64,000 nt of DNA from the human T2T-CHM13v2.0 reference genome, Homo sapiens (GCF_009914755.1 NC_060925.1), one strand, 5' to 3'. Shown: positions 40,621-54,643, counted from the first letter of the stretch. Numbers and translations: made by a program. Notes: generated from the letters alone by a model not told the origin.

Positions 40621-41959
40621 TTCTGATACTCAAGCACACTGATTTCTAGATTGAGGTTGTTTTCCAAAAACCTTTTTGGAAGGATGGTGTCCTGATGGTA
40701 GTCCTCTCTCTGTCTTTTCTTTTGGCCCACAGTATTCCTGTGCCTTCTGGACTGACGGTCCAGTGGTATCCAAAGGGATACTTTGAGCTGGAGGTCATTT
40801 AGGTCTGTATAGGGTCCCTAAGAAGTGTCAGTGTAGCAGACCCTGGGAGAGAATGCAGTGGCAGAAAAATGTATTTCTCATTGAAACCTCTGGGTAAGAA
40901 CATTTTAAAGCTTAATACAACCAGGATCTGTCAGTGTGCCCACAGATTGAGGCCTGAAATAATCTGGAACCCGAATACTACTCATTAATGATGAAAGTGC
41001 TATGGGAAAGTGCTATGGGGGTGGAGGGAGGGAAGCTGTAGCTTAAATATGGACATACATGGAGGCAGAGTCATATTTTCAAAATCATTTTTTTTCTTGA
41101 GATCAACCCATCCAAGCAAAGTCATTATAAAGCTAACCAAGGATAACAGCTCTATCAATCAAATCTTTTGCCTTCACAGTTGAGTGATATCTTTTTCTTC
41201 CCTTCATAACCAAAACCGAGAGGCCAGTTTAATTTCCCAGTTGGAGGCAAAAGAGTCTTTTCTTGACCCTGGCTCTTCATCTCCACTGAATAGCTCACCC
41301 TGCTTTAATGTTATGCTTTCTTATTTATATTATTAGTATTGAAAATTATTCCCGGGGGAGAAGAATATAATGATAAGGTATCAGGCTCTTTATTCAAAGA
41401 ACTAATCAGATTTTAGAAAGACACAACAATGCACTGTAGGGTTTCTGAACAGGCTATAATGACCTGTTCCCCACAATGGTTAAGGAAGTATATGTTTAGC
41501 AGAGAATGAGTTTTCCGGGTTTTTGAGGGAGGGCTCAGAGAAGGAGGTGGGAAACCCCATTGTGCAGCAGCAGGAGAGATACCAGGCCTATAGTAAGAAT
41601 ATTCTCTTTCGAAAAATTGAACGATAATCCTAATAGTTGCAATGTATTAATTCTTCAGTCTCTTTCTAGGAAAAAAAATGAAGTTATTGTGAAAGAGATC
41701 TGCCTCAGAGAGGCTACCTTGCAAGACAGGTTGATTATGGCTAATGAATTACACATGGCTTATTGCATTTCACAAAGACCAAACCACATAATAATATTCT
41801 CATGAGATCACGTCAGAATCAGCCGCATCCTGGGCTCCTGCCTATTGTGGTCAGAAAACCCGATAGAGACATGCAGGTTTTCCTATCTAATATTACTCTT
41901 AGTATTTAAGGAGTGCTAAAACGTAGGTGAATTGAGCTTTCTGAAGAAATACCGTAACC

Positions 41960-42430
41960 TCAGGGCTTGAGGGGGATCTAAGTAAGTATTTAATCTAGGG
42001 CCTTAATGTTATAGCTGAAGAATAAGAGGCTGATGATGGCATGTGGCTTGCTGAAAATCACGAAGGTGGTTAGGGCCAGTGACGGACTAAGAGACCAGGT
42101 CTTCCAAACTGCAGTTCCAGCCTCTTTCTTGCATTACATTTTTGAAAATTTCTAAAGTATTCTAGCTTTATTGATAAGAGCATGATTTTGAGGTGTGGAG
42201 ATAGAGAAGAAATTTAATACTTGTCGAACAGTTCATAAATACTTAGAGTGGTGCTGGGGGGCTCTTATATTTATTATCTCATTTAATCTACAATAATCCT
42301 GTAAAGTCAGTATTATGTTCCCTCTATAGATGCAGAAACTGAAGCTAATGTGGTAAAGGTACCAAATCTGGTATAGTGGAACTGGATTCAGCTCCAAGGT
42401 CAATTAGGTACCCAAACTGCTACAAACCAC
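41960..42430 (-). mobile_element. Two MIR/MIR3 elements
   Basis: ttatagctgaagaataagaggct; tatagatgcagaaactgaagct. Confidence 0.65.
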
Positions 42431-42462
42431 TACTTAGCAGGCAGTATGAATTTATGAATTTA

Positions 42463-42700
42463 TTCTCAGAGTTGAAATTAAAATGAAAGGTAACCAACTC
42501 CAACCTTTGATTTGACGCGGGAAGTTTCTTTATAGAATTCCTGACAGATGTTCACCAGTTTCTACTTTAGTACCTTCAGCCATAAAGAACTCACTGCCTC
42601 ACAAATATTTAACCCTTGTAGTTACATGGTGTAAAACATTTCCTGTATTTGATTTCTTATTTTATCTTAAACCCATATCCTCCAGATCATTCTCTGATGT
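42463..42700 (-). mobile_element. L3/CR1 fragment
   Basis: ttcctgacagatgttcaccag...taccttcag...gaactcactgcctcac resembles the antisense L3 3' end. Confidence 0.55.
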
Positions 42701-42719
42701 TACATTTTGCATGCTGTAC

Positions 42720-42850
42720 TCAATCATTCATTTATTATTTCAGCAATATTTATTGTCTGTTACATGTCAGGTACAATGCTCTATTCTGAGAGCACAATGA
42801 TGAATAAGGCAAATATTCCTATCTTCATGAAGTTTGCATTGTTTAAGCAA
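42720..42850 (-). mobile_element. L2 tail
   Basis: tcattcatt...aatatttattg...atgtcaggtacaatgct. Confidence 0.65.
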
Positions 42851-43354
42851 GGATTTGGGTGTAATTCGTATTTGAGTAACTGGAAGAGGAAACATTAATA
42901 ACAGCACATAGAATTAAAAAAAAATTCCAGGCTCTAAAATATGGCTTACTCAACTCTATAATAAAATGTTTATGTAGAACGCCACTGGCATGTCTTTGAG
43001 GATCACTTAGAAAATGAAATATGGGGAGACTTTTTCCTCTGAGAAAGCAATAAAAAAATTTGCTTGAAGCATCTAAATGGTGCCTCAGAGATCGGGCTGA
43101 GTTATGGCTGATGACATAAAGGAATCCCGGGCAAACAGGGCTGGGTGTTTGGCAGCAGGCAAACTGCTAAATGCTGGACTTTCCATTGTGCAAATACTGG
43201 CTCCAGGACTTGATGTGAACAGGGCCCTGGCCTCATCCTAAAGTAGCAGCTTCTTAGGCTGGTTTTTAGCGGGCTCACCATGGAAATCATAGGAAGCAGG
43301 CCTGGGGAAATCTGGAAGGGAGGCTTCTTGCCTTCACCATGGTAAGACTGAACA

Positions 43355-43580
43355 ATCTCAAGCACCTATTAAAGACTGGACCCTTTCTATAATTACCTCA
43401 AGTAATCCTCACAGCAGTGCCCTGAGGGAAGACTTTTTATTCCTGTATTATAGAGGAAGTAGACCAAGGCTCTTGAAGGTTAAGTTCCCTATCCAAGTTC
43501 ATGGCTAATAAGTAAAGGAGTATAATTCCCACCTGTGTGTATCTGACTTCCAATCCTATGCTTTTTGGATTATAATTCTG
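43355..43580 (-). mobile_element. MIR
   Basis: taatcctcacagcag...gaaggttaagttccctatccaag. Confidence 0.65.
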
Positions 43581-43861
43581 TGAAGGCAATGGAGAGAGTC
43601 CTTGCAACTTTGAGTGAAGATTTCAAAAAGGAGTTTGAAGATAGAGAATTGTAGTTTTAGGACCCTTTATTTGCATGGGACCCATTTTAGGTCTAGGGAG
43701 GAGCCTTAGAAATAAGGCCATATATTTTTAAGCATTGCAACAGTAAGATATTTGTATATTCCTTTTTTTAAAGAAAACCTCTAAAATTTTGAAAGCACTT
43801 GGACCCATAAAACCTGTGGCAAACCATATTTAGAAAACAGTTGTTGTTCACTCAATAATTA

Positions 43862-44150
43862 TTTTTTTTTTTGGAGACAAAGTCTTGCCCTGTTGCCCAG
43901 GCTGCACTGGAGGGGTGCTGTCATGGCTTACTGCAGCCTCAGCCTCCTGGGCTCAAGAGATTTTCCTTTCTTAGCTTCCTGAGTAGCTAGAACTATAGCC
44001 ATGTGCCAACACACCCAGCCAATTTTTTATTTTTTGGGAGTTGAGTTGCTATGTTGCCCAAGATAGTCTTGTACTCCTGAACTCAAGTGATCCGCCTGTC
44101 TTGGCCTCTCAAAGTGTTGGGATTACAGGTGTAAGCCACCACACCTGGCC
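43862..44150 (-). mobile_element. AluJ inserted in an L2 tail (L2 continues to ~44270)
   Basis: catggcttactgcagcctcagcctcctgggctcaag; flanks tcaataattattt / tcaacaaatattt. Confidence 0.88.
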
Positions 44151-44273
44151 TCAACAAATATTTCTTAAATGCCTAATATATGCCAGGCCTTGTCTTAAGT
44201 GCTGAGGATTCAGCAACAAAGAACACAGAACAGAGAGTACTGTTCTTATGGAGTTAATAGTCTAGAGACAACG

Positions 44274-44612
44274 TGTGTTGGCAGAGTCCTGGCATGAAAG
44301 TCATGCCACACTAAAACTGGAGACAGGGATAGTTGTGTAAGATAACTACCCGATGGAGGATTAGACCTTTGGTTGATAGCAACTAACCAACCCTCAATCC
44401 TACCAGTAGACAGAAGAGCAATAAACACTCAGCCTCACCTTGCTCTTGCTCTCGCTCTCTAACTTCCTGCTGGTGGTCCTTTTTGGCCAAATTGAACTGG
44501 AAGTTAGAGGACAGGCTAGCCCACTAACAGTTTGTGCAGGTCAGGCTTCTGGACTACATAGTTCAAAAGGGTGGAGAGTGACTATGGAGGAGAAACAAAT
44601 GGCATCCAACAC
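44274..44612 (-). mobile_element. ERVL LTR33-like
   Basis: tgtgttggcagagtcctggcatgaaa...cttcctgctggtg...ttggccaaattgaactggaag...aagggtggagagtg. Confidence 0.7.
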
Positions 44613-45519
44613 ATATGTGTGAAGTTCAACCTTCAGAACTCAGTAAGAATGTGGTCTGGGGAAAACAGTTGCATAAAGCAGAATGCCAATTCTGGCATTG
44701 ATACTTCTCCTGAAAATAATAATAATAACAGCAAGAGAAAACATTTATTGAAAACATACTCTATTGTTGACATGAGCTGAGAGTCTGTAGCATATGATAT
44801 CCCATAAGCTCTCTCCTTCAAGCATTATTCTAAAGGGCTCTAGAAGCTGGCCATTTGCCAAATTTTAAACATTTTAAACCAATATATGAAGAGTTAAACT
44901 GCCTGAGGGACCCTTTCACATCTTTCTATGTTTTATATATTAGAGTCTGTGAATAAAAAGAAGAAGAAAAGCCACTGGGTAACTATACATGAAACATTCA
45001 CATTCAACCAGCCATAGTGAGCACAATAAAAGATTGAGAAGCACTAATTACTAAATCAAAATGTATTCTTGTTGGCAAAATGCCTTAGTAACTCCCTGAT
45101 TTTCTCTCAGATTAGGCACTTGCTAAAGGTCCATGGGACCTGGGAGGCAGAGGGTGAAAGACACAGGGCATGGAATAGCTCCCATTTCCTTCTTAAAATA
45201 TTCTTAAGTAGAAAGGCTATTCCCAAAGAGGTGCCACAGGGACTAACCCATTTATGAGAATGAAGTGATTTGTCCACCTGAGAGACAAGTTTCCAGTCAC
45301 TCAGGCCAATATCAGATTCGATACGCAAATGAGTTCTTTCAGCGTTTCTCAAAGGTACCCGGATTCAGTTTGGAAGAGTTCACAAATTTCAACAGTTAAC
45401 AATTTTTTCCCACCCATGGCATTACCCATACTTAATAACCAGAAAGTCTAATTTTTGTTGAAGTAAATGAAGTGCCTGAAAGTACCAGGGAAATCTAGAC
45501 TCCAAATTACTCTTGTATT

Positions 45520-45720
45520 AAAGGACCTTTAAGCCGTAAGTTGAGCTTACAAATTCTTCATTAAACCTCTTTCTTTGACAAATTAGAAAACTGTGACCTA
45601 CAAAAGGAAAGTGGTTGGTTCAAGGTCACACCATGAGCTATTAGCAGAGCTGAGATTAGTACTCTTTGTGTCCTTGTCTCCTGCCCTGTGGTCCTTGTAG
45701 TTACATCATACTAGCTCTCA
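45520..45720 (-). mobile_element. MIR3/MIR
   Basis: tcaaggtcacac...gctattagcagagctgagattag. Confidence 0.65.
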
Positions 45721-47697
45721 GAGACATAGACTAAGAGACCAGCAGCCTGAGGGCCCCTGAAAGCTACTCATTCCATGGGAGAAAGAATATTGATCACTTC
45801 TGTAATAATAGGGAAAAATCCAGTGTCAAATAATTCAATTGGAGGAAATGTGTGGGAGAAAGGAATGCTACTAAAATATTCCTGTCTGTCTACACTAAAA
45901 ACAGGAGTTTAGTCTGGGCAATCTTCTTTGATATCCCCAGGTCCTTACCTTCATGGAATGTGTGAAGGAGCAGTATTTGCTTCCAAGACTGGCTATCATA
46001 GGGCAAATGCTCTTACTTTACAGCTATGTTAAGAAGTTTAGTCAGGAGATCATACTTTACAACTCTAGATTAAATGAGAAATATATGGATGTGATTTAGG
46101 CTCTGATAATTGCTGGACAACTTCAATCATTAAGAGCTAGTCAACTAATTCAAACAATTGATGTTTTAGTCCTTTTCCTGAGCAGGCATGGAAGACTCGA
46201 GAGACATCTGGGTTCAGACTCCCAGCTTTCCCAAGACTTCACTGCGTGCATTTAGCTTTGGGTAATGCAACAAGAAAATTCACCTGTGTCCCATTTTAAC
46301 TACCATCTTCCCACTTAATCAGGCCTGGTTCCACTGAGATTACCCAAGCTGTGATCCTGTCATACCTTGCTTACCAAGAAGCCATCAACCCCACTAACTG
46401 TTATCTGCTTAGCATTACTTCCCACCTGAAGCACAAATATTATGGGCTTCTTGTCTGATGTCACCAAGGATGAGAAGCACTTAATTTCTTTTGTTGATGG
46501 CTAATATGTTGTTTCTCTTTACATCTTTATTGTTTTTATTGGCCAGAGAGCCATTTTTCATTCCCATGGAGTTCTCTAAGGACTTCCCTGACACTCATTC
46601 TTCCAGCAATCAACTCTAAAAATCTACTCATTTGGTTGGTGTAGCAAAGTCGACTTATATTGAACATGTTGAATCTGGATAAAGAATTCTTAGTATGCTT
46701 TCATTATTTTGAGCCCATGCCAGTTATCTGTTCATTTTCAATTCTGTCCCATGATGTACAGAATCATTCCGATTTATGCTCTGGACTGAGAGCCTTGATG
46801 GCTTTCAAAGCACAGGTTTACTTTTCTATGGCTATTAACCACGAATTAAAACATATTATATAGGATGGTGGCAAGAAAAAAATGCTGTTTATAGGGAAAT
46901 TTGGCCCATGCTAGGTAGAATATGAATCCAGTGTGATTGATTTGTTAAATAAGCAAAAAAATAAAGCAATCTGGTATTTGTCCCTTTACTTATAAGGAAA
47001 ACAAATCTCCCTTGGAAACCTATGAATAGTGACATGATACAATATTATAGACCCTTCAAAGACACTCTGAATACAATTCAGCTATGCCCAACCCATGTCT
47101 TAAACTCACGACATTTAGAAGTCTCATTCTTTAGCCATGGATTTATACAATTTTCAATGTTTATATTTCTTACAGTGAAGAAGAGCTATGAGAAAGATTG
47201 GGAAGGCCTATTAAAACATCATTTAATAAATAAACATAATTTGTACTGGATGTACAATTAAGACTTCAAGAGGGGTGAACCAAGAAAAATTAGATTTTCT
47301 TAATTCCTAAGATATTGAAAAGTATCTCAGGGTTTTTTGAATTGATCAATTGACTAATTGTGTCATTTAATAAATAGCAATTGAAAGCTTACCAAGTTTG
47401 ATATAGTATATCCATTGATGACTGAAACACACAGTTCATGCTGTTACAGAATATACTACGCATTGGCTTTTGTATAATATTGTAGTAATAGCATAGATGT
47501 ACATATCCACGATAGAACTATATGAGTTTTTGGCCATGTTTTAGGTAAAAATATAACAATCTTCTTATGGGCCCAAAGGCCACTCAAGAGTGGGTACCCC
47601 CAACATTGTCCCTTTGCCTCAGCCTTATATCAAGTGCCTGCTTTGCTTTAAAAGAATAAACAAAATTTAAAAACTATTTAAGTAAATGATATTTTAA

Positions 47698-48067
<370 letters not shown>

Positions 48068-48685
48068 TATGATTTTTCTTTTTTGATTTTAAAAATAATC
48101 ATGGATAGCTAAACATATTTTCATGATAATCAAATGAAAACTCCCAAGAGTTCTCTATGGATTTCTGGTGACATTGTTTCTTTCTTCCCCAGTCTTTTCC
48201 CTAGATTATAAATCATCTACAATACTTCAGGTAAAAGTTAGTTGCTATATCTGTCTATTTTATATTATGCTTTCTTATTGATGTATATGACTTCTCAACA
48301 TTTGGTCACTTTCCAGGTTAGATATATTTACAAAGATGATGCTGTAGTTGTATTGATTGTAGGAGTTCATCTAGTGCAATAGGGCAAACCAAGAGCAATG
48401 ACAAATGAAAGATAAAAGGGAGCTAGTCAGCTTTCTTCTAATTTTTTTTTTGTGGATTTCTCTGAGGTGAAGATTTTCTTTATTAATCTTTGAAAGAAGT
48501 CCCAAAGGCCAAGGAAACTCATCTGACTATAAGCTGCTGTGTGTTTCCCTACCATGTTGAGAAAGGGTGGCTGGTTGATCTAATGCATTACATTGCTTCA
48601 GCATATATTTTTTTATTTATTTCATCCTTTATTCCCCATTATCATATCTGTAGGCTTGCTTTTTTAAAATAAAGTATCATCTCTT

Positions 48686-49464
48686 CAAAGAAAAAAGAAA
48701 AATGCTTGAGGCATCACATTACCTGACTTCAAATTTTACTACAAGGCTATAGTAACCAAAACACCATGGTACTGCTATAAAAATTGTCACATATATAAAT
48801 GGAACAGAATAGAGAACCCAGAAATAAGGGGACATACCAACAACCAATTTTTGAAAAAATCAACAAAAATATACATTGGGAAAAGGACACTCAATTCAAT
48901 AAGTGGTGATGGAAAAATTGAACTGCCCCATGCAGAAGAATAAAACTGGATCCATACCCCTTACCATATACAAAAACTAACCAAGATAGATTAAAGACCT
49001 AAATGTAAGACCTGGAAGCTACAAAAATCCTAGAAGAAAATCTAGGGAAAACTATTGTGGACACTGGCCTAGGGAAGGTATTTATGACCAAGTCCTCCAA
49101 AGCAAACCCAGCGAAACCAAAAGTAGACAAATGGGACTTCATTAAATGAAAGCTTCTGCACAGCAAAAGAAGTCATCAACTGAGTAAATTGACAACCTAC
49201 AGAATGGGGATAAGTATTCACAAATCATGTGTGTGACAAAGGGCTAATATCCAGAATGTAAAAAAAACTCAAACAACTCAACAACAACAACAACAAAATA
49301 ACCTCATTAAAAAGTAGGCAAAGAACATGGCAGACATTTTTCAAAAGAAGACATACAAGCAACCAACAAATATATGAAAAAATGCTCAACATCACTAATT
49401 ATTAGAGAAATACAAATTAAAACCACAATGAGATACCCTCCTATAGCAGTCAAAATGGCTATTA

Positions 49465-49497
<33 letters not shown>

Positions 49498-50300
49498 CAG
49501 ATGTTGGTGAGATTAGGGAGAAAAGGAAACCCTTATACACTGTTGGTGGGACTGTAAATTAGTACAAACTCTATGGAAAACGGTATGGAGATCTCTCAAA
49601 TAATGAAAAATAGAACTACTATTTATCCAACAATCTGACTACTTAGTATGTACTCAAAGGGAAATAAATCATTATATCTAAAGGATATCTGTGCTCATGT
49701 TTATCAAAGCACCTATAAACAATAGCAAAGATATGAATTCAATCTGTGTCCATTAGTGGAGGATTGGGTAAAGAAAAGATTATATATATACGTAGTGGAG
49801 AATTGGAAAAAGAAAAGGTTTTTTATATATATATATATGCATATACATATGTATATTATATATATGTATATATGTGTGTGCATATATGTCTGCATATATA
49901 CATACCATGGCATACTACATAGCCATAAAAAATAATGAAATCATGTATTTTGCAGTGACGTGGATGGAAATGGAAGTCATTATCTTAAGTGAAATAACTC
50001 AGAGACAGAAAGTGAAATACTACATGTTCTCATTTATGAGTAGGAGCTAGACAATAGGTACACATGGTCATGCAGAGTGGAATAATAGACTTTGGAGAGC
50101 GTGGAGGTGGGAAGATGGTTGAGGGTGAAAGTTGAAAAATTATCTATTGGATACAATGTTCCCCATTTGGTTAATGGATACACCAAAAGCCCAGACTTTA
50201 CCACTATGCAATATGTGCATTAAGAAATCTGCACTTATAACCAATAAATATATAAAAATAAAAAGTAAATACATTTGATTGAGTATAAACCATAAAAATT
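48686..50300 (+). mobile_element. 5'-truncated L1PB (PB2-like), ~1.6 kb
   Basis: ORF2 C-terminus (gaggcatcacattacctgacttcaaa...) and 3'UTR; TSD-like aaataaagtatcatc (48667) and aaataaagtattatc (50301). Confidence 0.88.
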
Positions 50301-50409
50301 AAATAAAGTATTATCACTTGTCTCAGCCTCTGTTTTATAGAGATTTAGCTAAATCTAGAAATTAGTCTAGAAAACAAGATTTTAAAACTATATTGCCTTC
50401 TTGTCTAAA

Positions 50410-52990
50410 AAAAGTAAGAACCCATTGCTGATAGTAAGATATTGTGCCTTGAAATTATTCAAGTTTTTACTTGTAGAAAATTGGGGTAGTACAGTTTAAG
50501 AGTAAGACATTGGAAGACGAAGAAGTTGTAGTCCTTATTTGGTATGAGAACAAAATTTTTTATAAAGGTTGTACACTGGTGTGACTGCTTTTCATAGCAC
50601 CAGAGACCTACTTTAAAAAAATTAAAGACACAGGAGAGTTCATTTAAACTCAAGGAATAATCTGCAAACTAGAATGATTCTGTGACAACTTTAAAAAAGC
50701 AGTCGTAGGGCACAACTGTGATGAAAATCAGGCACAGGAACTAATTTTAAAAGCGACTGAGCTACAAAGCAGATACCTCCATAATCTCAGGAGGTTTCCA
50801 ACGCCAAAGTCAGGGTATCTTCTAAAAAGTAGCACCATGAGACCTGGGATTGTAAGAGTTGAATCAGCAAATGTGAGAATTTTGAGTCCCCAAATTCTCT
50901 TGACACTTCTGGCCAGTAAAATCAGCACCTTCATTTTCTCCAGAAGAGACCAGCCTCCCTTTTGCTAGAGATGATGTAATAATTTCACCTGAAGCATGTG
51001 CTTCATCAGATCATCCTTTTTTTTTTTTTTTTTTTTTTTGAGATGGAGTCTCGCTCTTTCACTCCGCCTCCTGGGTTTACTTACGCCATTCTCCTGCCTC
51101 AGCCTCCTGAGTAGCTGGGACTACAGGCACCTGCCACCATGCCTGGCTAATTTTTTGTATTTTTAGTAGAGATGGGGTTTCACCGTGTTAGCCAGGATGG
51201 TCTCGATCTCCTGACCTCGTGATCCCCCCATCTTCAGCCTCCCAAAGTGCTGAGATTACAGGTGTGAGCCACTGCACCCGGCCCTCTTTTTTTTTTTCTT
51301 TTTATTTCAAGACTCAACCTTACTACCTCTCATTATCTCTTGGTTGATAGAGTCAGGTGTCAGTCAATGCTGAAAGAAAAGCACAAGTCTAGATCTGAAA
51401 AAAAATCCTTAAACCAAAGGAATTCTATGATTTCTCTAATGTGTATCATTAAGAACAGGTTGGTGGTATAATTGTCAGAATGTACAAAACTCTATGTCTC
51501 ACATTTAATGCCACCAGAGAATATCCAATGCAAGGGGACAGTATTATCTGTGCTTAGGATGTCAATCATATTCTTTTCTTGGCACCAGTATTTGTGCAAT
51601 AGAGTGGCCATGGTGGCATGTACATAGATTATATATGGACTTAACAACATAAGCTCTCCCTCACCGAGACCGTTTTAGTCGTTGTCACTGCTAAATGCAA
51701 ATCCAGTAGCAGCAAATACCAGGGCACAATCACTTAGGAAGACCAGGCAGCCATCTGGTGGCAGATCACAACATGAAAATCCTTTTTACTTTGGAATAGG
51801 AAGTCATTCAAGCCATGTATCTTTCCTGGAATTGACACATACTCCAGATATAGGTTTGACTACTTTCCTATGAAGTCTTTTCCATCACTACCATCTGAAA
51901 GGTCACAGAAAGTTTTATCCATTCATGTGGGTCTCACACAAAATTGCCTCTGATTGAGAGGCCCACTTTAAAGCAAAGGAGGCCCGACAATGGGCTCATG
52001 ATTATGGGTTTAGTGTTCTTACTATGTACCCTATCACCTAGAAATAGTCAGCCTCATAGAGGGGTGGGATGGCCTTTGAAGGATCTGCTTAGATACAGGC
52101 TGTGGGACAATGCTTACGGGGTGGAATGCTGCCCTTCAGGATAAGGCATATATTTTAAACTGATAGTTCTTTGTCTTGTTTAATTAAAATCTATGGCTCT
52201 GGGAAACAAGGGATGAAATTGAGAGTTACCGCTTGGATTTATGCTCAGAGATCTAGTTGTGGAATCTGTGTTTTCATTTCCTTCATCTTTGGTTCTGCTA
52301 GGATTCAGATCCTAGTTCTGTGGTGAGGGCAAACTCATTTCCAGGAATACAGTAAGTTCTACTAAACTGGGTGCTGTGACTACCATCTAATTACTTTTAG
52401 CTCGTCGTGTATTGGTAGAGCAATAGGCCAGGGAGAGCATTACTATAGTGGCTGTGGTAACTTACCCTGTCACTGTGAGGAGAAAGGGTGACCACCATAC
52501 TATGCAGGCCAATCTGGAATCCGTGGAAATCATTGGGGTGTCTCTTCATACTTGCATGTGTGGTAATGACTATCTATGAGCAACTTCAGCAAACATACTT
52601 GAAAAAGAATATAGCAACTAAACACTCAGGCCTTTGGGATTAAGGTCGAGGTCACCTCACCAGGCAAGCAGCTCAGACCAGCTAACATGCTAGACAAGGA
52701 TGAGGGGAAACTAGAATGGATAGTGGAGATAGCAGTGGAGAAATATCAGCTGTGCCCTCTAGACAAACTATACTGTAGTGGTATTGTAGCTTGTTCTACA
52801 AACTCCCTTGCTTTAGTCTTCCAGGAGATCACAACTGGCCACCACATTGAGTGTGCATTGTTGGACTTCCACCTCTCCTCCAAGAGAAAGAGTGAGAACA
52901 CCTTTATTTTAAAATATGGAATTATTATGTATACCTGGAGCTTCATATTAATAAGAAAGGACAAATAGGTCTGAGTAGTGCAAGAGGTTG
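50410..52990 (+). mobile_element. Class III ERV (ERVL-type) internal remnant: gag-like, integrase, dUTPase-like
   Basis: Decayed motifs DQAAIWWQI (~51741), GIDTYSRY (~51827), IASD*EAHF (~51943), YYVPYHLE..LIEGWDGLLK (~52020); dUTPase-like stretch at ~52335-52510. Confidence 0.75.
51017..51283 (-). mobile_element. AluY with internal deletion, nested in the ERVL remnant
   Basis: T24 tail; tcgctctttc|actccgcctcc skips ~45-50 bp; Y-type cgtgttagccaggatggtctcgatc. Confidence 0.9.
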
Positions 52991-53266
52991 GTGGTACCCA
53001 CACTGAACCCTCCTTTGGAGCTCATCATTTCTCCGGATTTATCAGTCCCTGTTTGAACTTTGTCAGTTCATCCCTGTGGTTTTGTTCCTTTCACTAGATC
53101 TTTGTGAATCCATCTCAGATGCACTTCACAAGCTCACACTGTGGCTGCAAGGAGAGACAGAAGTTAAATCTCTGGTTAGCGCACCCTAATAATCAGTACC
53201 TAAATATAACCCCTTAACTCATAACTATGTAACCTTGGTATTTTTCTCTTGGTTATAAAACAAATC

Positions 53267-53563
53267 TTTTTTTTCTTTATCAATTTTTATTTTAAGTTCA
53301 GGGGTACGTGTGCAGGTTTGTAACCTGGGTATATTGTGTGATGCTGAGGTTTGAGATATGTATGATCCCATCACCCGGATACTGAACATAGTACCCAACA
53401 GTTAGTTTTTCAACCCTTCTACCCCTCCCTCCCTTCCCTCTCTAGTAGTCCTTAATGTCTATTGTTGCCATCTTTATGTCCATGAGTACCAGATGTTTAG
53501 CTCCCACTGATAAATAAGAATGTGTGGTATTTGGTTTTCTGTTCCTGTGTTAATTCGCTTAGG
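53267..53563 (-). mobile_element. L1PA (PA15/16-like) 3' end
   Basis: ggggtacgtgtgcaggtttg...gatgctgaggtttg...tttagctcccact...ttggttttctgttcctg. Confidence 0.88.
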
Positions 53564-53649
53564 AGTTACTTTGGTCTTAAAGGATATTTAGAAATAAAAC
53601 AGCACAACAGGAAAAATGACACAGAATACACTGATTTGACTAGTGGTGG

Positions 53650-53880
53650 GTTACTAAATATTTTGTTAATCTATTATTATGTACCAGGCATTGAGTTATA
53701 TAAAAATATACAATTAGGCAGAGTTTCCACACCCAGGAAGGTAACAATAGATTTGCAGAGGTGATAAGAAAAATGATGGCAATACAGGATAAGCTGAAAA
53801 GATTCACAGTCTCTTAAACAGCTGAGAACAAGATGCTTTGGAAGTTTTCAGGGTCTCAGAAAAGGATACGGAGGAGAGCT
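53650..53880 (-). mobile_element. L2 fragment
   Basis: aaatattttgttaatctattattatgtaccaggcattgag. Confidence 0.6.
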
Positions 53881-54643
53881 ATTTAGAAAACTGGCAGCTG
53901 TAAATTTCCATTTAATTGTTGGATATATGACAGATGACAAGAAATCCTGAGGTAGACAGAAAGTTCCTACTGGCTAAAGTATTCCACCAGGATGTGCCCT
54001 TCCACTTTGGAGTGTTATGGGATCCTTCTGTTCTTTCAAGTTAGAATGACCACTTTCCGTATGCTCCTGCAGGGACGCTTATTAAAATCTGAGGCCGATG
54101 TGTTGCCTCAAGTTGTGTGCAGTGGTGAGCAGGGGACAGCATAGGCCAGCAGCTCTGTAGATAGCAGTGCCCTTTGATTCAGTTGAAGAGACCTCTTTAT
54201 CCTCAGTTTTGAATCACAATTAGCACCAGTTGTTGGTAGCCATTTCATTTTAAGTTTCATTTTGTGGGCACCAACGTGGAGCTTTCATTCTGGCAGTCTG
54301 AAGTTTATATGACACTCAACAAGTCTACAAAAATTATAGGAGGGAGTGTGGTAAGGAATGTATCTTTTAACTTTTACTTCTCTTCCACCACTTTCTCATC
54401 ATCATATGTATTAGATAATATTTGTTACTGGCATCAGTCCTTGTCTAGCCCAGCCAACTCGTGGAGAGAATGAAGGCACCTCATGAAACTGGAAAAGACA
54501 GAAACAATAAAAGATAGAAATCTACTCTTGGCTGTTTTAGGAACTTTGTGGATTGTAGGAAAGCTACTAGGATATTGATGCCTGCTTTGAGGCCACGTGG
54601 CTGCCAGTGAAATACCAGGCTTCAGTTTCAGGTTTAGAACATC

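Noticed and set aside
49471-49497. A27 run suggesting a retrocopy tail
   Set aside because: Expansion of an internal A-rich L1 tract; L1 sequence is continuous on both sides
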